Assembly: GCA_948471115.1 (NCBI GenBank)
Contig: CAOKRJ010000001.1
Span: 35,999 to 99,998 of the forward strand
DNA length: 64,000 bases
DNA from: an uncultured Clostridium sp.
GTDB taxonomy: Bacteria > Bacillota > Clostridia > TANB77 > CAG-508
Direction of reading: 5' to 3'
In this document: positions 1-10,390 of the stretch, piece by piece
How the letters are laid out: every line of letters begins with the position of its first letter
Position numbering within the stretch: the first letter of the stretch is position 1
Made by a program: the position numbers and the translations under genes
Notes under the pieces: model-generated
The model's database searches: none
Seen by the model: the letters and a program-made list of their open reading frames with translations, nothing else
Told to the model about the DNA's origin: nothing

Positions 1-435
1 TTTGCAAAAAATGTATTAAAATTAGAAGACGTAAACTCAGAAGAATTTGATGCAAAATGTAAAAATCCATTAATACATATAATGGAAGAACAAGTAGGAA
101 TAGAACATAAAGGGGGAACAATGAGATTAGGAGCATATCCATGTATTATAAAAGAGGGAAGCCTTGCAAATTCATTATATGAAAAAACAGAGATTTCAGA
201 AAGACATAGACACAGATATGAATTTAACAATAAATATAGAGAAATGTTAGAAGAAAAGGGGTTAATAATTTCAGGAACATCACCAGATGGAAAACTTGTT
301 GAGATGGTTGAAAATATAAATCATCCATACTTTATAGCAGCACAATTCCATCCAGAGTTTAAATCAAGACCTGATAGACCAGGTCCTTTGTTTAGGGGAC
401 TTATAAATGCATCTAAGAAGTATGGAAAATTATAA
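1..435 (+). CDS. pyrG: CTP synthase, C-terminal glutamine amidotransferase part (5'-truncated by window edge)
   Basis: The translation [10 protein letters not shown]...[23 protein letters not shown] is the conserved PyrG C-terminus. The ORF is open to the window start and stops with TAA at 433-435. Confidence 0.85.
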   Translation, partial: FAKNVLKLEDVNSEEFDAKCKNPLIHIMEEQVGIEHKGGTMRLGAYPCIIKEGSLANSLYEKTEISERHRHRYEFNNKYREMLEEKGLIISGTSPDGKLVEMVENINHPYFIAAQFHPEFKSRPDRPGPLFRGLINASKKYGKL

Positions 436-455
436 ATAAAATTGTATTATAAATA

Positions 456-520
456 GTAGGGGCAAATTGCATGTGCCCGTTGAAATTAGCAATAAATTAA
501 GTGGGCATGTGCAATGTACC
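456..520. other. GC-rich palindromic intergenic element (TAGGGGCA...TGCCC, then GGGCATGTGCAAT arm)
   Basis: The inverted arms ATTGCATGTGCCC and GGGCATGTGCAAT are separated by about 22 nt. A nested GGGCA/TGCCC hairpin lies inside. The element sits between pyrG and the next gene and belongs to the TGTAGGGG element family. Confidence 0.4.
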
Positions 521-554
521 ACTACAATTATGCTATATAAAGAAGGAGTAGAAA

Positions 555-1730
555 ATGAAAGAAAAAGACATATTTAAAGATGTAAAGGCTATAATGTTAC
601 AACAAGAAACTTTACTTTCAGAAAATGCTTGTAAAGCAGATAATTGTATTAGATTAAATGAAGATAAAGTTGATGTTAGACCAGCATTTTTTAGAGATAT
701 TGATAGAATAATACACTCACAAGGATATACAAGATACATAGACAAAACACAAGTCTATTCCTTTACAGATAATGACCATATCACACATAGAGTATTACAT
801 GTTCAATTAGTATCTAAAATCGCAAGAACAATAGGTAGAGCATTAAGATTAAATGAAGACTTGATAGAAGCAATAGCATTAGGTCATGATATAGGTCATA
901 CTCCTTTTGGGCATACAGGAGAAAAATTTTTAAACGAAATTTGTAAAAAAGAAGATATAGGGTATTTTTGCCATAACGCACAAAGTGTTAGAATTTTAAA
1001 AGATATAGAAAATGTTAATATAAGTATACAAACATTAGATGGGATATTAGCACATAATGGAGAACTATTATTAAATAAATATGAGGTAGACAAAGAAAAG
1101 ACAAAAGAAAAATTTTTAGAAGAGATAGATAAAGTATTTCATATAGAAGGATATAGTAAATTTATAAAAGCGATGACATTAGAAGGATGTGTTGTAAGGT
1201 TATCTGATATAATAGCATATATAGGAAGAGATATAGAAGATGCAATAACAATTGGAGTTATAAAAAGAAAAGAAATACCAACGCAGATTACTGAGGTATT
1301 GGGAGATAACAATTCAAGTATAGTAAATACTTTGATTTTAGATGTAATAAAAAATAGTATAGACAAAAATTATTTACAATTTTCAAAAAGTATTTTTAAA
1401 GCATTAATAGACTTAAGAAACTGGAACTATAAAAAAATCTATGGTTCAGATGAAGCATGCAAAAATAAGAAAGAACTAGAAAAAGCATTTTCAGAGATGT
1501 ATGGTATATATCTAAATAAATTAGAACAAAAAGACTACAAAAGTGAAATAGAGATTTCAGCTAATCTACCATATTCAGAGAGAAATTTATATGAATATGT
1601 AAACTTAAAAAGTGATGAATATAAAAATAATACAAATGTTAAAAGGATTGTAATAGATTATATTGCAGGGCAAACAGATAAATTTTTCTTAAGAGAATGT
1701 GCAAGTAACCTGGATGAGCATTTTGTATAA
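555..1730 (+). CDS. dGTP triphosphohydrolase-like HD-domain phosphohydrolase
   Basis: Contains the HD motif region HDIGHTPFGHTGE. The 391 aa length and layout match the dGTPase-like family. An RBS GGAG lies upstream. Confidence 0.75.
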   Translation: MKEKDIFKDVKAIMLQQETLLSENACKADNCIRLNEDKVDVRPAFFRDIDRIIHSQGYTRYIDKTQVYSFTDNDHITHRVLHVQLVSKIARTIGRALRLNEDLIEAIALGHDIGHTPFGHTGEKFLNEICKKEDIGYFCHNAQSVRILKDIENVNISIQTLDGILAHNGELLLNKYEVDKEKTKEKFLEEIDKVFHIEGYSKFIKAMTLEGCVVRLSDIIAYIGRDIEDAITIGVIKRKEIPTQITEVLGDNNSSIVNTLILDVIKNSIDKNYLQFSKSIFKALIDLRNWNYKKIYGSDEACKNKKELEKAFSEMYGIYLNKLEQKDYKSEIEISANLPYSERNLYEYVNLKSDEYKNNTNVKRIVIDYIAGQTDKFFLRECASNLDEHFV

Positions 1731-1803
1731 ATTCAAACTCTTGAAAAAGAAAAACATATATGTTACAATATAGAACATCAGAAGAAATAAGGAGATAATA
1801 ACT

Positions 1804-2151
1804 GTGAACCTATTGATAATAGTATATATACTAATAATAATTATATTTGCATTAATTGCTTACGCTGTAATGCAAATAAAATTAGCAGGAATGAATGTAA
1901 AAGATTTCTGGGATTTTGTACAAGCAAACCAAATATTAGAAAGTTTATATAGAGCATCAAAGGAATATGATCAAATGTCTCAAAAAGAGCAAATAATATT
2001 TTTAATGGAAGCAGAAAAAGTATTTTCAGCATTTGATAAAGTACCTAATATTTTATGGGAAGACGAATACCAAAAATATAGTAAAATATTGGAAATTTAT
2101 AAAAACATAAAAGTTCTTAGATGGAATAGAGAAACCAGCCATCAAATGTAA
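1804..2151 (+). CDS. hypothetical protein with N-terminal transmembrane helix
   Basis: GTG start with an AAGGAGA RBS 8 nt upstream. The N-terminus is hydrophobic. No recognisable family. Confidence 0.35.
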   Translation: MNLLIIVYILIIIIFALIAYAVMQIKLAGMNVKDFWDFVQANQILESLYRASKEYDQMSQKEQIIFLMEAEKVFSAFDKVPNILWEDEYQKYSKILEIYKNIKVLRWNRETSHQM

Positions 2152-2352
2152 AGGGCACGGTAATTGTGTCTATTTTTTATATAGTAGAAGATATTAAATG
2201 GAAATTGTATGGGAGACTATTGGTCGTCCATTCATTGAAGGATAGCCCCACTTGTATTATATATTTTCACAAAAAATTTACATAAATAATATATAAAATT
2301 CTTATATAAATGATATACATAAATAAATTAGTATATAAGGGAGAAATTTATT

Positions 2353-3036
2353 ATGAAAAATAGTACCATATTAATCGTAGATGATGAACAGAGAATGAGA
2401 ACATTAATTAGAGACTTTCTAGAAAAAAAAGAATATAAAATATTACAAGCAAAAGATGGAGAAGAAGCACTAGAAATATTTAATATGGAAAAAGACAATA
2501 TATCTTTAATAGTACTAGATGTAATGATGCCAAAACTTGATGGCTGGTCAGTATTAAGGCAAATAAGACAAACATCACAGGTACCAATTATAATGTTAAC
2601 AGCAAGAGGGGAAGAACAAGATGAACTATTTGGATTTGAATTAGGAGCAGATGAATATATTTCAAAACCATTTAGTCCTAAAATATTAGTAGCACGTGTG
2701 GAAGCAATATTAAAAAGGGGAAAGGTAACAGAAAATACAAACGAAAATATTGAAAAATCCGGAATAGAAATTGATGATAAAGCAAGAACTGTCACAGCTG
2801 ATGGTAAAAATGTAGAAATGAGTTTAAGAGAATATGAACTATTAAAATATTTAATAGACAATATAGGGATTGCACTATCAAGAGACAAAATACTTAATAA
2901 TGTTTGGAATTATGATTATTATGGTGACTCAAGAACGATTGATAGTCATATAAAGAAGATTAGGCATAAATTAGGCAAAAAAGGAAAATACATAAAAACT
3001 GTAAGAGGAATTGGATATAAATTTGAAGCAAAATAA
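2353..3036 (+). CDS. OmpR-family DNA-binding response regulator
   Basis: Receiver domain (ILIVDDE, D in LIVLDVMMP, KPF) followed by a winged-helix C-terminus (LREYELLKYL...RTVRGIGYKF). Confidence 0.9.
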   Translation: MKNSTILIVDDEQRMRTLIRDFLEKKEYKILQAKDGEEALEIFNMEKDNISLIVLDVMMPKLDGWSVLRQIRQTSQVPIIMLTARGEEQDELFGFELGADEYISKPFSPKILVARVEAILKRGKVTENTNENIEKSGIEIDDKARTVTADGKNVEMSLREYELLKYLIDNIGIALSRDKILNNVWNYDYYGDSRTIDSHIKKIRHKLGKKGKYIKTVRGIGYKFEAK

Positions 3037-3054
3037 AAATAAGGGGAATAAAAG

Positions 3055-4521
3055 ATGCCAAACAAAATGAAATCAATAAGGACAAGACTATTTTTAACAT
3101 TAAGTATAACACTCACTATAATAATAGTACTATTTATAATAGCAAATAACATTATATTAGAAAGATTTTATATATATTCAAAAGAAAACAACCTATTAGA
3201 AGCATATAAAATAATAAATTTTTATTATAATAGTCAAGAAACAATTGATATGGATGCAAAATTACAAGAAATTGAAATAAATAATAATTTTGAAATATTA
3301 ATTACAACACCATATAATGCAACAGTCTATATGTCAAACAATGATTTCACACCAAGTTACATGAGTATAATAATAAAAAGAGAATTTTTACATAATGCAA
3401 GTGCAATATATTCAGGAGATAAAATAATAATAAATCAATCACAAGATATTACTACAGGATATAAGTTTATATATTTGACTGCCACACTAGATAATGAATA
3501 TAAACTATATATAAGAGCACCTATAGCGGCAATAAAAGAAAGTGTAAAAATATCAAATACTTTTTTACAACTAATAGGTATAATAACATTAGTTATAAGT
3601 GGTGTAATAGTAGTGATAATCTCTAAGAGATTTACAGAGCCAATTTTACAATTAAATGAAGTTGCAAGAAAAATGTCTAGATTAGACTTTAGCTCTAAAT
3701 ATAAACAAACAAATACTAATGACGAAATAGACAATTTAGGAAAAAGCATAAATGTAATGTCAAATACAATGGAAAAAACAATAAAACAATTAAGAAACAC
3801 TAATATAGAACTAGAAAAAGACATAGAGGAAAAATCAAAAACAGATGAAATGAGAAAGCAATTTATATCAGATGTATCACATGAGTTAAAAACTCCAATA
3901 GCATTAATACAAGGATATGCAGAAGGATTAGTAGAGAATGTTGCAAATGATGAAGAAAGCAGAAAATTCTATGCAGAAGTCATATTAGACGAATCAAACA
4001 AAATGGATGTTTTAGTAAAAAAACTATTAGAACTAATAAAAATAGAATATGGAGCATTAGAACTTAACAATTCAGAGTTTGATGTAACAGAACTAATATC
4101 TGAAATCATAAGAAAATCACAAGTAATGATTGATGAAAAAAAAGTAAATGTAATATACAACAAAGATGAAAAAGTCATTATAAATGCAGATGAATTCTAT
4201 ACTGAGCAGATAATAAACAACTATTTTACAAATGCCATAAAAAATGCAAAAGAAATAGAAGGAAAAAAAGAAATAAAAATAGAAATAGAGCAAATAGATA
4301 ACAAAACAAGAATATCAGTATTTAATACAGGAGAAAACATAAAAGAGGAAGACTTAGAAAGAATATGGAAAAGATTTTATAAAGTTGATGAATCAAGAAA
4401 TAGGCAAGATGGAGGAACAGGAATAGGACTAGCACTAGTAAAAGCAATAATGGAAAGAACAGAAAAAAGATATGGTGTAGAAAATAAAGGAAATGGTGTA
4501 GAATTTTATTTTGAAATATAG
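3055..4521 (+). CDS. sensor histidine kinase (two TM, HAMP, HisKA, HATPase)
   Basis: H-box SHELKTPIALIQGYAEGL, an N-box and the G-boxes GTGIGLALV. It is immediately downstream of the response regulator. Confidence 0.85.
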   Translation: MPNKMKSIRTRLFLTLSITLTIIIVLFIIANNIILERFYIYSKENNLLEAYKIINFYYNSQETIDMDAKLQEIEINNNFEILITTPYNATVYMSNNDFTPSYMSIIIKREFLHNASAIYSGDKIIINQSQDITTGYKFIYLTATLDNEYKLYIRAPIAAIKESVKISNTFLQLIGIITLVISGVIVVIISKRFTEPILQLNEVARKMSRLDFSSKYKQTNTNDEIDNLGKSINVMSNTMEKTIKQLRNTNIELEKDIEEKSKTDEMRKQFISDVSHELKTPIALIQGYAEGLVENVANDEESRKFYAEVILDESNKMDVLVKKLLELIKIEYGALELNNSEFDVTELISEIIRKSQVMIDEKKVNVIYNKDEKVIINADEFYTEQIINNYFTNAIKNAKEIEGKKEIKIEIEQIDNKTRISVFNTGENIKEEDLERIWKRFYKVDESRNRQDGGTGIGLALVKAIMERTEKRYGVENKGNGVEFYFEI

Positions 4522-4636
4522 AATTTATAAGAAAATCAGTCATTAAAAAGATATTAATGTAGGAGCTATTATCAAAATAGTACATATTAAAAATAGTGCT
4601 GTGTAAAAAATAAAAGAAAAGAATTTCAGAAAACTG

Positions 4637-4665
4637 TTGACAAAAAATGTCTAATGGTATATATT
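4637..4665 (+). promoter_or_regulatory. sigma-A type promoter for recA (TTGACA-17-TATATT)
   Basis: TTGACA at 4637-4642 and TATATT at 4660-4665 with a 17 nt spacer, about 45 nt upstream of the recA start. Confidence 0.55.
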
Positions 4666-4683
4666 GAAACAAACATACGTTTT
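4666..4683 (+). promoter_or_regulatory. candidate LexA (Cheo/SOS) box, AAAC-N4-GTTT type
   Basis: GAAACAAACATACGTTTT lies immediately downstream of the -10. AACATACGTT is dyad-symmetric and resembles the GAAC-N4-GTTC/GTTT LexA operators of Firmicutes. Confidence 0.4.
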
Positions 4684-4711
4684 AAAACAAAAATGAAGGG
4701 AATGAAAATTA

Positions 4712-5770
4712 ATGAGTGAAACAAATAATGAAAGAAAAAAAGCCTTAGAAGTAGCAATGGGACAAATAGAAAAACAATTTGGAAAAGGTTCTGTAATGAA
4801 ACTAGGAAACTTTAAAGCAATGGAAATAGAAGCAATATCAACAGGAGCATTAAGTCTAGATGTTGCATTAGGAATTGGAGGAGTTCCAAGAGGAAGAATA
4901 ATAGAAATATACGGACCAGAATCATCAGGAAAAACAACTTTAGCATTACATATAATAGCAGAAGCACAAAAAGAGCAAGGAGAAGTAGCATTTATAGATG
5001 CAGAACACGCACTAGACCCAGTATATGCAAAACATCTAGGAGTAGATATAGATAATTTAATAGTATCACAGCCAGATACTGGAGAACAAGCATTAGAAAT
5101 AACAGAAGCATTAATTAGAAGTGGTGCATTAGATGTAATAGTTGTAGACTCAGTAGCAGCCTTAGTACCAAAAGCAGAAATAGATGGAGACATGGGAGAC
5201 TCACATATTGGTTTACAAGCAAGACTTATGTCTCAAGCATTAAGAAAATTAGCAGGAGCTGTAAACAAATCAAAAACAGTTATAATATTCATAAACCAAT
5301 TAAGAGAAAAGGTTGGGGTAATGTTTGGAAATCCTGAAACAACAACAGGAGGTAGAGCATTAAAATATTATGCATCAGTAAGATTAGACATTAGAAAAGT
5401 AGAGAACATAAAACAAGATGGAGAAGTTGTAGGAAATAGAGCGAAAGTAAAAGTTGTCAAAAATAAAGTAGCTCCACCATTTAGGGAAGCTGAATTTGAC
5501 ATTTTATATGGTAAAGGAATATCTAGAGAAGGAAACATATTAGATTTAGCAGTAAACCTTGATATAATAGAAAAAAGTGGTTCATGGTTTAGTTATAATG
5601 GAGACAAAATAGCACAAGGAAGAGAAAACACAAAAAAATACTTATTAGAAAACCCAGATATAACAAATGAGATAGAAAAGAAAGTAAGAGATAATTTCAA
5701 TAAAGCATTTGAAAATAGTTTAACAAACGAAGCTGAAAGTGAAGAAGAAGATGAAGAACCAGAAGAATAA
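4712..5770 (+). CDS. recA: recombinase RecA
   Basis: Full-length RecA: Walker [10 protein letters not shown], the core [13 protein letters not shown] region and an acidic C-terminal tail. Confidence 0.97.
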   Translation: MSETNNERKKALEVAMGQIEKQFGKGSVMKLGNFKAMEIEAISTGALSLDVALGIGGVPRGRIIEIYGPESSGKTTLALHIIAEAQKEQGEVAFIDAEHALDPVYAKHLGVDIDNLIVSQPDTGEQALEITEALIRSGALDVIVVDSVAALVPKAEIDGDMGDSHIGLQARLMSQALRKLAGAVNKSKTVIIFINQLREKVGVMFGNPETTTGGRALKYYASVRLDIRKVENIKQDGEVVGNRAKVKVVKNKVAPPFREAEFDILYGKGISREGNILDLAVNLDIIEKSGSWFSYNGDKIAQGRENTKKYLLENPDITNEIEKKVRDNFNKAFENSLTNEAESEEEDEEPEE

Positions 5771-5796
5771 TTATTACACAAAATTTAAGAATTTTA

Positions 5797-5825
5797 TTGA
5801 CAAATACATAAAAAATGGCTATAAT
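5797..5825 (+). promoter_or_regulatory. consensus sigma-A promoter (TTGACA-17-TATAAT)
   Basis: Perfect -35 at 5797-5802 and perfect -10 at 5820-5825 with exactly 17 nt between them. It sits directly after the recA stop with no intervening terminator. Confidence 0.6.
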
Positions 5826-5860
5826 AATATATATTGTTATAATTTTAGGGGGGAGTTAGA

Positions 5861-6028
5861 ATGTTAGCAAAATATTGGAAACAAATAGGATTTATTGCTT
5901 TAATAGTAGTAGTACTGTTCAATATAACCTTTAAATTGATAAATAAAACATCTCTAAAGACCGAGGCTCTTGAGTCAGCAAAATATATGCTAGAACAAGA
6001 AGATAATAACAATAATATTGAAAAATAG
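5861..6028 (+). CDS. small (55 aa) membrane protein, hypothetical
   Basis: RBS AGGGGGGAG 6 nt before the ATG. One predicted TM helix (IGFIALIVVVLF). It lies between the strong promoter and rpmE. Confidence 0.35.
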   Translation: MLAKYWKQIGFIALIVVVLFNITFKLINKTSLKTEALESAKYMLEQEDNNNNIEK

Positions 6029-6073
6029 TAGTTTTTAAACGATATAAAAGATAAGGAAGAGGGTGAATACAAA

Positions 6074-6274
6074 ATGAAACAAGAGTTACATCCTGAATTT
6101 ATAGAAAGTACAATAACATGTGCATGTGGAAATGTTATCAAAACAAAGTCAACAAAAAAATCTATGAATGTTGATATTTGTTCAAAATGTAATCCTTATT
6201 GGACAGGAAATGTTAAACAAAATACAACAGGAGGAAGAGCAGAAAAATTCAAACAAAAATATGGTCTTGCATAA
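6074..6274 (+). CDS. rpmE: 50S ribosomal protein L31 (Zn-ribbon type)
   Basis: MKQELHPEF...CACGN...CSKCNPYWTG is the L31 type A signature. Confidence 0.9.
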   Translation: MKQELHPEFIESTITCACGNVIKTKSTKKSMNVDICSKCNPYWTGNVKQNTTGGRAEKFKQKYGLA

Positions 6275-6275
6275 C

Positions 6276-6301
6276 AAAAAGTGGTTTCACCACTTTTTTT
6301 G
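6276..6301 (+). terminator. intrinsic terminator after rpmE
   Basis: Hairpin AAAAGTGGTTTCACCACTTTT followed by a T-run. Confidence 0.7.
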
Positions 6302-6478
6302 TAATTTAAGTTTCTGAATTAATTGTTTAGTTTACTTAAATGAAATAAACAAATGTTACAAAAATATTACAAAACTATTAAAAAACTATTACAATCAAAA
6401 AAAGTATTGACAAATAATTCAAAAAGTTAGATACTATATATATAAATATCACGAATGAAACGTGTAGGAGGTAAAAGA

Positions 6479-6955
6479 ATGGCAGGGATAATGAACAAAG
6501 TTTTAGAACTTTTTACATCAGAAGATTATGAAGATGAAGAAGAAGAGGTATTAAGCAGCAAAGGATATAGTACTGATTATGAAGAAGATGAAGAAGATGA
6601 GGAAGAAGTAGAAGGAAAAAAATTATTTGGAAATAGAAGAGCGAAAGTGGTAAATATGCCACAAACACCACAAATAAAAATGGTAATTTCTCAACCGACA
6701 ACTTTTGAACAATCAGAGGAAATATGCCAATTTTTAAAAGAAAAAAAATCATGTATTGTAAATCTTGAATATGTAAATAAAGATGTAGCAAGAAGAATAG
6801 TTGACTTTATTAGTGGAGGAGTATATGCATTAGATGCACATATTCAAAAAGTATCTAATTCAATATTTTTAATAGCTCCAACAAATTATGAAATATCAAA
6901 TGAGACAGGAAGAGAAGAAATGAAAAATAAACTTTCAGTATCATGGCTTAAATAA
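6479..6955 (+). CDS. sepF: cell division protein SepF
   Basis: The C-terminal domain VISQPTTFEQSEEICQFLKEKKSCIVNL...RIVDFISGGVYALDAHIQKVSNSIFLIAP matches SepF. The N-terminal linker is acidic and repetitive. The start is set at 6479 because of an AGGAGG RBS; the ORF opens at 6455. Confidence 0.8.
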   Translation: MAGIMNKVLELFTSEDYEDEEEEVLSSKGYSTDYEEDEEDEEEVEGKKLFGNRRAKVVNMPQTPQIKMVISQPTTFEQSEEICQFLKEKKSCIVNLEYVNKDVARRIVDFISGGVYALDAHIQKVSNSIFLIAPTNYEISNETGREEMKNKLSVSWLK

Positions 6956-7033
6956 TTAAAGAAATAGTAATTAGGGGGCAGCTTCTTAAAGACTGTCCTT
7001 ATGTGTACATGCAATATATAGGGGGGAAAAAAG

Positions 7034-7489
7034 ATGATTACACCTTTAGATATAGAAAATAAAAAATTCTCAAAACAAGTTTTAAATGGTTATAGTGTTG
7101 AAGAAGTAGATGACTTTTTAGATGAGTTAACAGCAGAATATGAGAAAATATATAAAGAAGCAACAGAAAACAGAGGAAGAACTGAGAAATTAGCAAATGA
7201 CTTAACTAGATATCAATCAATAGAATCAACTTTACAAAACACATTATTAATGGCACAAACAACAGCAGATGAAGTAAAAAAAACAGCCCAAAAGCAAGCA
7301 GATGCTATTATTGCAGAAGCACAAGTAAAAGCAAAAGAGGCCCTAAAAAATGTTGAAAGTGAGATAATTATAAAACAAAAAGAGTTAGATGATTTGCAAA
7401 AGCAATTTGACATATATAAAGCTAAAATGGAATCATTGTTAATATCTCAGTTAGAATTATTAAAAGAATCAGCAAGAGGAAATAATTAA
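7034..7489 (+). CDS. divIVA: DivIVA domain cell-division protein
   Basis: N-terminal MITPLDIENKKFSKQVLNGYSVEEVDDFLDEL is the DivIVA lipid-binding domain, followed by coiled coil. Confidence 0.8.
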   Translation: MITPLDIENKKFSKQVLNGYSVEEVDDFLDELTAEYEKIYKEATENRGRTEKLANDLTRYQSIESTLQNTLLMAQTTADEVKKTAQKQADAIIAEAQVKAKEALKNVESEIIIKQKELDDLQKQFDIYKAKMESLLISQLELLKESARGNN

Positions 7490-7644
7490 TGTAAAATTAA
7501 ATTAGGAACTATTAATGTAAAAAATGCGAGTATACAAATGAAAATTCCAGCGATTTTGTTGGAATTTTTTTTGTATTCAAAAATTCCATAAGACATAGTC
7601 TCAATAAAAGCATAAATAGAAAAAAGAAAAATAATAAAATGCAT
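7487..7644 (-). CDS. possible small hydrophobic peptide (52 aa, two hydrophobic segments)
   Basis: AGGAGG RBS 9 nt upstream of the ATG at 7644 (minus strand). Translation is MHFIIFLFSIYAFIETMSYGIFEYKKNSNKIAGIFICILAFFTLIVPNLILH. It overlaps the divIVA terminator and 3' end. Confidence 0.25.
7538..7572 (+). terminator. intrinsic terminator after divIVA
   Basis: AATTCCA...TGGAATT stem followed by TTTTTTTT. Confidence 0.65.
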
Positions 7645-7732
7645 AATAATATACCTCCTATTAAATATATAAATTGGGGTTTGTTGGTAGGATTATATGT
7701 TTTTGAATTTATACAAAATTATAAATATACGT

Positions 7733-7836
7733 TGTAGGGGCGATTATTAATCGCCCGCCCTTCGAAGAACATGCTTAAGAATATAAGATTTTTAGCAAGC
7801 CTTTGCTAGAACAGGAGATTGCTAATCGCCCCTACA
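7733..7836. other. GC-rich structured element (TGTAGGGGCGATTA ... TAATCGCCCCTACA inverted repeat with nested palindrome)
   Basis: A perfect 14-bp inverted repeat is separated by about 75 nt. A second internal palindrome GGGCGATTATTAATCGCCC competes for the same arm. It stands out strongly in AT-rich DNA, between the gerXC 3' end and the small ORF. Confidence 0.5.
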
Positions 7837-7926
7837 TTTCTCTACAATTTTAAATTCACCTAAAAATTTATCATCCCTACAAACACAAATTTGCTGTTTT
7901 TATCTCTGTCTCCAAAAGCAAAGGCA

Positions 7927-9219
7927 CTACGAAATGAAATAACTTGATTCAATATTAACCTGAACATTTACATCAAAAGTTGCAGTCTCAAATTTTTCAG
8001 ACCAGTTATATTCTTCCCAATCATCTATTGTTGGGAATTTATATACAGCATGTTTTCCTAAACCTGTAATATCAGATTTAAACTCTCTTGCAGTCTTTTC
8101 ATAATAATTCATAATTTGCTCTTTAAAATAATCAGAAGCAGCAGATATTATTTTCGCAATGTCCTCGTTTGAAGAAGAGTCAAAATCAAAATCATTAGAA
8201 AGGATAGTAGATTTTAAAGTTATATTAGTAGTAATCTTAGGACCAGAACTATCCAATTTTACACTATTTTTAGTTTTAGAAAAATCATAAATGTGTAAAT
8301 CTATATAATTACCTTCAGAAAATGGGCTAGGTATTGAAACGACACATTCCTTTAATTTATTTGTTACAATTAGATATGGCACAGTTTCCTCTTTAGAAAG
8401 TGTACCAACTAATTTATCCTTTTTGAAAACAGCCATACCTCCAATTATAATATCTGATGCCATACCATCTTCCGAAGATGTTTGTCCACTTGAAGAGCTG
8501 TTCCCTCCAGAAGAACTCTTACCGTCCGAAGAACCACCTTCTCCTGAAGAACTTTCTCCACCAGAAGAACTTTCATCTTCTGAACCTTCTTCTTTTTGAA
8601 CATTACCAAGCATAGTAGAAGTCTCACTAAAATCATCGACAATAGAAGTATATACAGTATTTAAAGTAGCATTAGAAGTATAACCACTATATTTACTAGA
8701 AGTAGTTATTATTTCATAATATTTAGAAGTAGAATGTTCTAAAATAGGTGTTGAACTATTGATAAACTCTTCTGCGGTAGAAGTAGAAACTAATATATTA
8801 CAATTAGAACGTAATTCAATATTATTTTCTAATGTATAGATATAGTCTAAAATACCAAGAGAGGCTAGTTCCTCAGAAAATATAATAAATTTACAATGTG
8901 ATAAATTAAGTCTTTTACTTATAATATTATTTGCAGTATTCAATCCAGAATTAAAACTATTACATTCAACAGTTTGATTTAAAGTATCACTTACACCTTT
9001 TTCGCTACTACTAGAACCACCACTACCGCTAGAACCAGAGCTATTACCAGAAGGAATGGAAATTTGAAATGTTAATTTTAACTTATCATCATTTCCAACA
9101 TCAAATCCAATAGCTATTACATAAGCTAAATCATTAATATCTTGTTCATGTAAATATCCACTAAAGGCAACAGCGCAAAAAATAATAATACCCATTACAT
9201 AAAACATTTTTTTAAACAT
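7927..9219 (-). CDS. spore germination protein, GerXC (lipoprotein subunit)
   Basis: Signal/lipobox-like N-terminus, then the Ger(x)C signature DINDLAYVIAIGFD. There is a long S/G-rich low-complexity insert. It is the last gene of a gerA-B-C arrangement. Confidence 0.8.
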   Translation of the reverse strand: MFKKMFYVMGIIIFCAVAFSGYLHEQDINDLAYVIAIGFDVGNDDKLKLTFQISIPSGNSSGSSGSGGSSSSEKGVSDTLNQTVECNSFNSGLNTANNIISKRLNLSHCKFIIFSEELASLGILDYIYTLENNIELRSNCNILVSTSTAEEFINSSTPILEHSTSKYYEIITTSSKYSGYTSNATLNTVYTSIVDDFSETSTMLGNVQKEEGSEDESSSGGESSSGEGGSSDGKSSSGGNSSSSGQTSSEDGMASDIIIGGMAVFKKDKLVGTLSKEETVPYLIVTNKLKECVVSIPSPFSEGNYIDLHIYDFSKTKNSVKLDSSGPKITTNITLKSTILSNDFDFDSSSNEDIAKIISAASDYFKEQIMNYYEKTAREFKSDITGLGKHAVYKFPTIDDWEEYNWSEKFETATFDVNVQVNIESSYFIS

Positions 9220-10339
9220 TAGATGTTGCCTCCTTTTTAAGTAATTTTAATATTAATTTTTTCAAACAAGCTAAAACTAAAATTATAAGACTCAAGACAA
9301 ATACGAAGCCTATTGAAAGATATTTATATACAACATTACTTAATACATTTATTTCTGACATATTTTTAATAACAAGAGAAATAACAAAGATTACAGCACA
9401 AAAACAATAAACTACACCAGATATATATTTTATATGAGTCAATTGTTTAAATGTGGTAAGTGCAAAATGTATGTTAGTCGATAAATATGCAAGCATAAAA
9501 GGTATCCAAATTAATAAAAATATTGCATCAATGCTTTGAATATAATCTCCAAGACTTATTTGCCTAGCAAGTACATATAAGGATAGAGGAGAAGTGGTAT
9601 TTGCAATTTGTGGAATAGAGAAAAGTAAAGCAGCTACAGATAGTAATAAGAAAAAAGAATATGATAAAATACTTGCAATACCAACTTTTTTAAACTCAGA
9701 TATTTTAGTTAATAGTGGAAATATAAAGAATAATACATATAAACCACTAAAAGAATATATATTGCTAATTCCATCAACAAAGGTTTCCTTTAATCCATAT
9801 CCTAAAAGAGGAAATACCCTTTGAAATGTGTATTCTCCAAAAGAACCAAAAAAGATAAAAACAATACTCAATATCATTAATGGAATTATAATTAAGTTTA
9901 ATCTAGATATAGCCTTTAATCCAAAAAAATTTAAAATTCCAACAGCAATAACAAATGTAAGCATTATAAAATCAACATCTATATGTGAAAAAGATATAAG
10001 TGCAAGTCCCTCTGCAAATAACCTAATCATTATAGAAGATAAAACCAAAATATAAGCAATATAACAAACACCATAAATAAACTTAAAAACTTTTCCACCA
10101 AGAAATTCAGAAATATCTATTATATTGTATCCTGGAAATACAGAGAACAATTTATATATTATTAAAAAGAAAACTAATGTTATGATTGTAACAAAAACAA
10201 TATTTAATAATGTAGATGAAGCTGTTGTAGTTGCTAATTCACTAGGAATAGATAACAAAATATGCGATAAAAGAATTGTAAGCACAATAGCAATACCTTC
10301 TAACAGTTTTAATTTATAAGAATTCATATAAAAATTCAT
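9212..10339 (-). CDS. spore germination protein, GerXB (amino-acid-permease-like membrane subunit)
   Basis: About 10 predicted TM segments with the GerAB/APC-superfamily layout. It overlaps the gerXC start by 8 nt. Confidence 0.8.
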   Translation of the reverse strand: MNFYMNSYKLKLLEGIAIVLTILLSHILLSIPSELATTTASSTLLNIVFVTIITLVFFLIIYKLFSVFPGYNIIDISEFLGGKVFKFIYGVCYIAYILVLSSIMIRLFAEGLALISFSHIDVDFIMLTFVIAVGILNFFGLKAISRLNLIIIPLMILSIVFIFFGSFGEYTFQRVFPLLGYGLKETFVDGISNIYSFSGLYVLFFIFPLLTKISEFKKVGIASILSYSFFLLLSVAALLFSIPQIANTTSPLSLYVLARQISLGDYIQSIDAIFLLIWIPFMLAYLSTNIHFALTTFKQLTHIKYISGVVYCFCAVIFVISLVIKNMSEINVLSNVVYKYLSIGFVFVLSLIILVLACLKKLILKLLKKEATSNV

Positions 10340-10390
10340 TCCTTTCTTTTCAAAGGTACATAATTATAAAAGATTTTATATCTTTTATAA

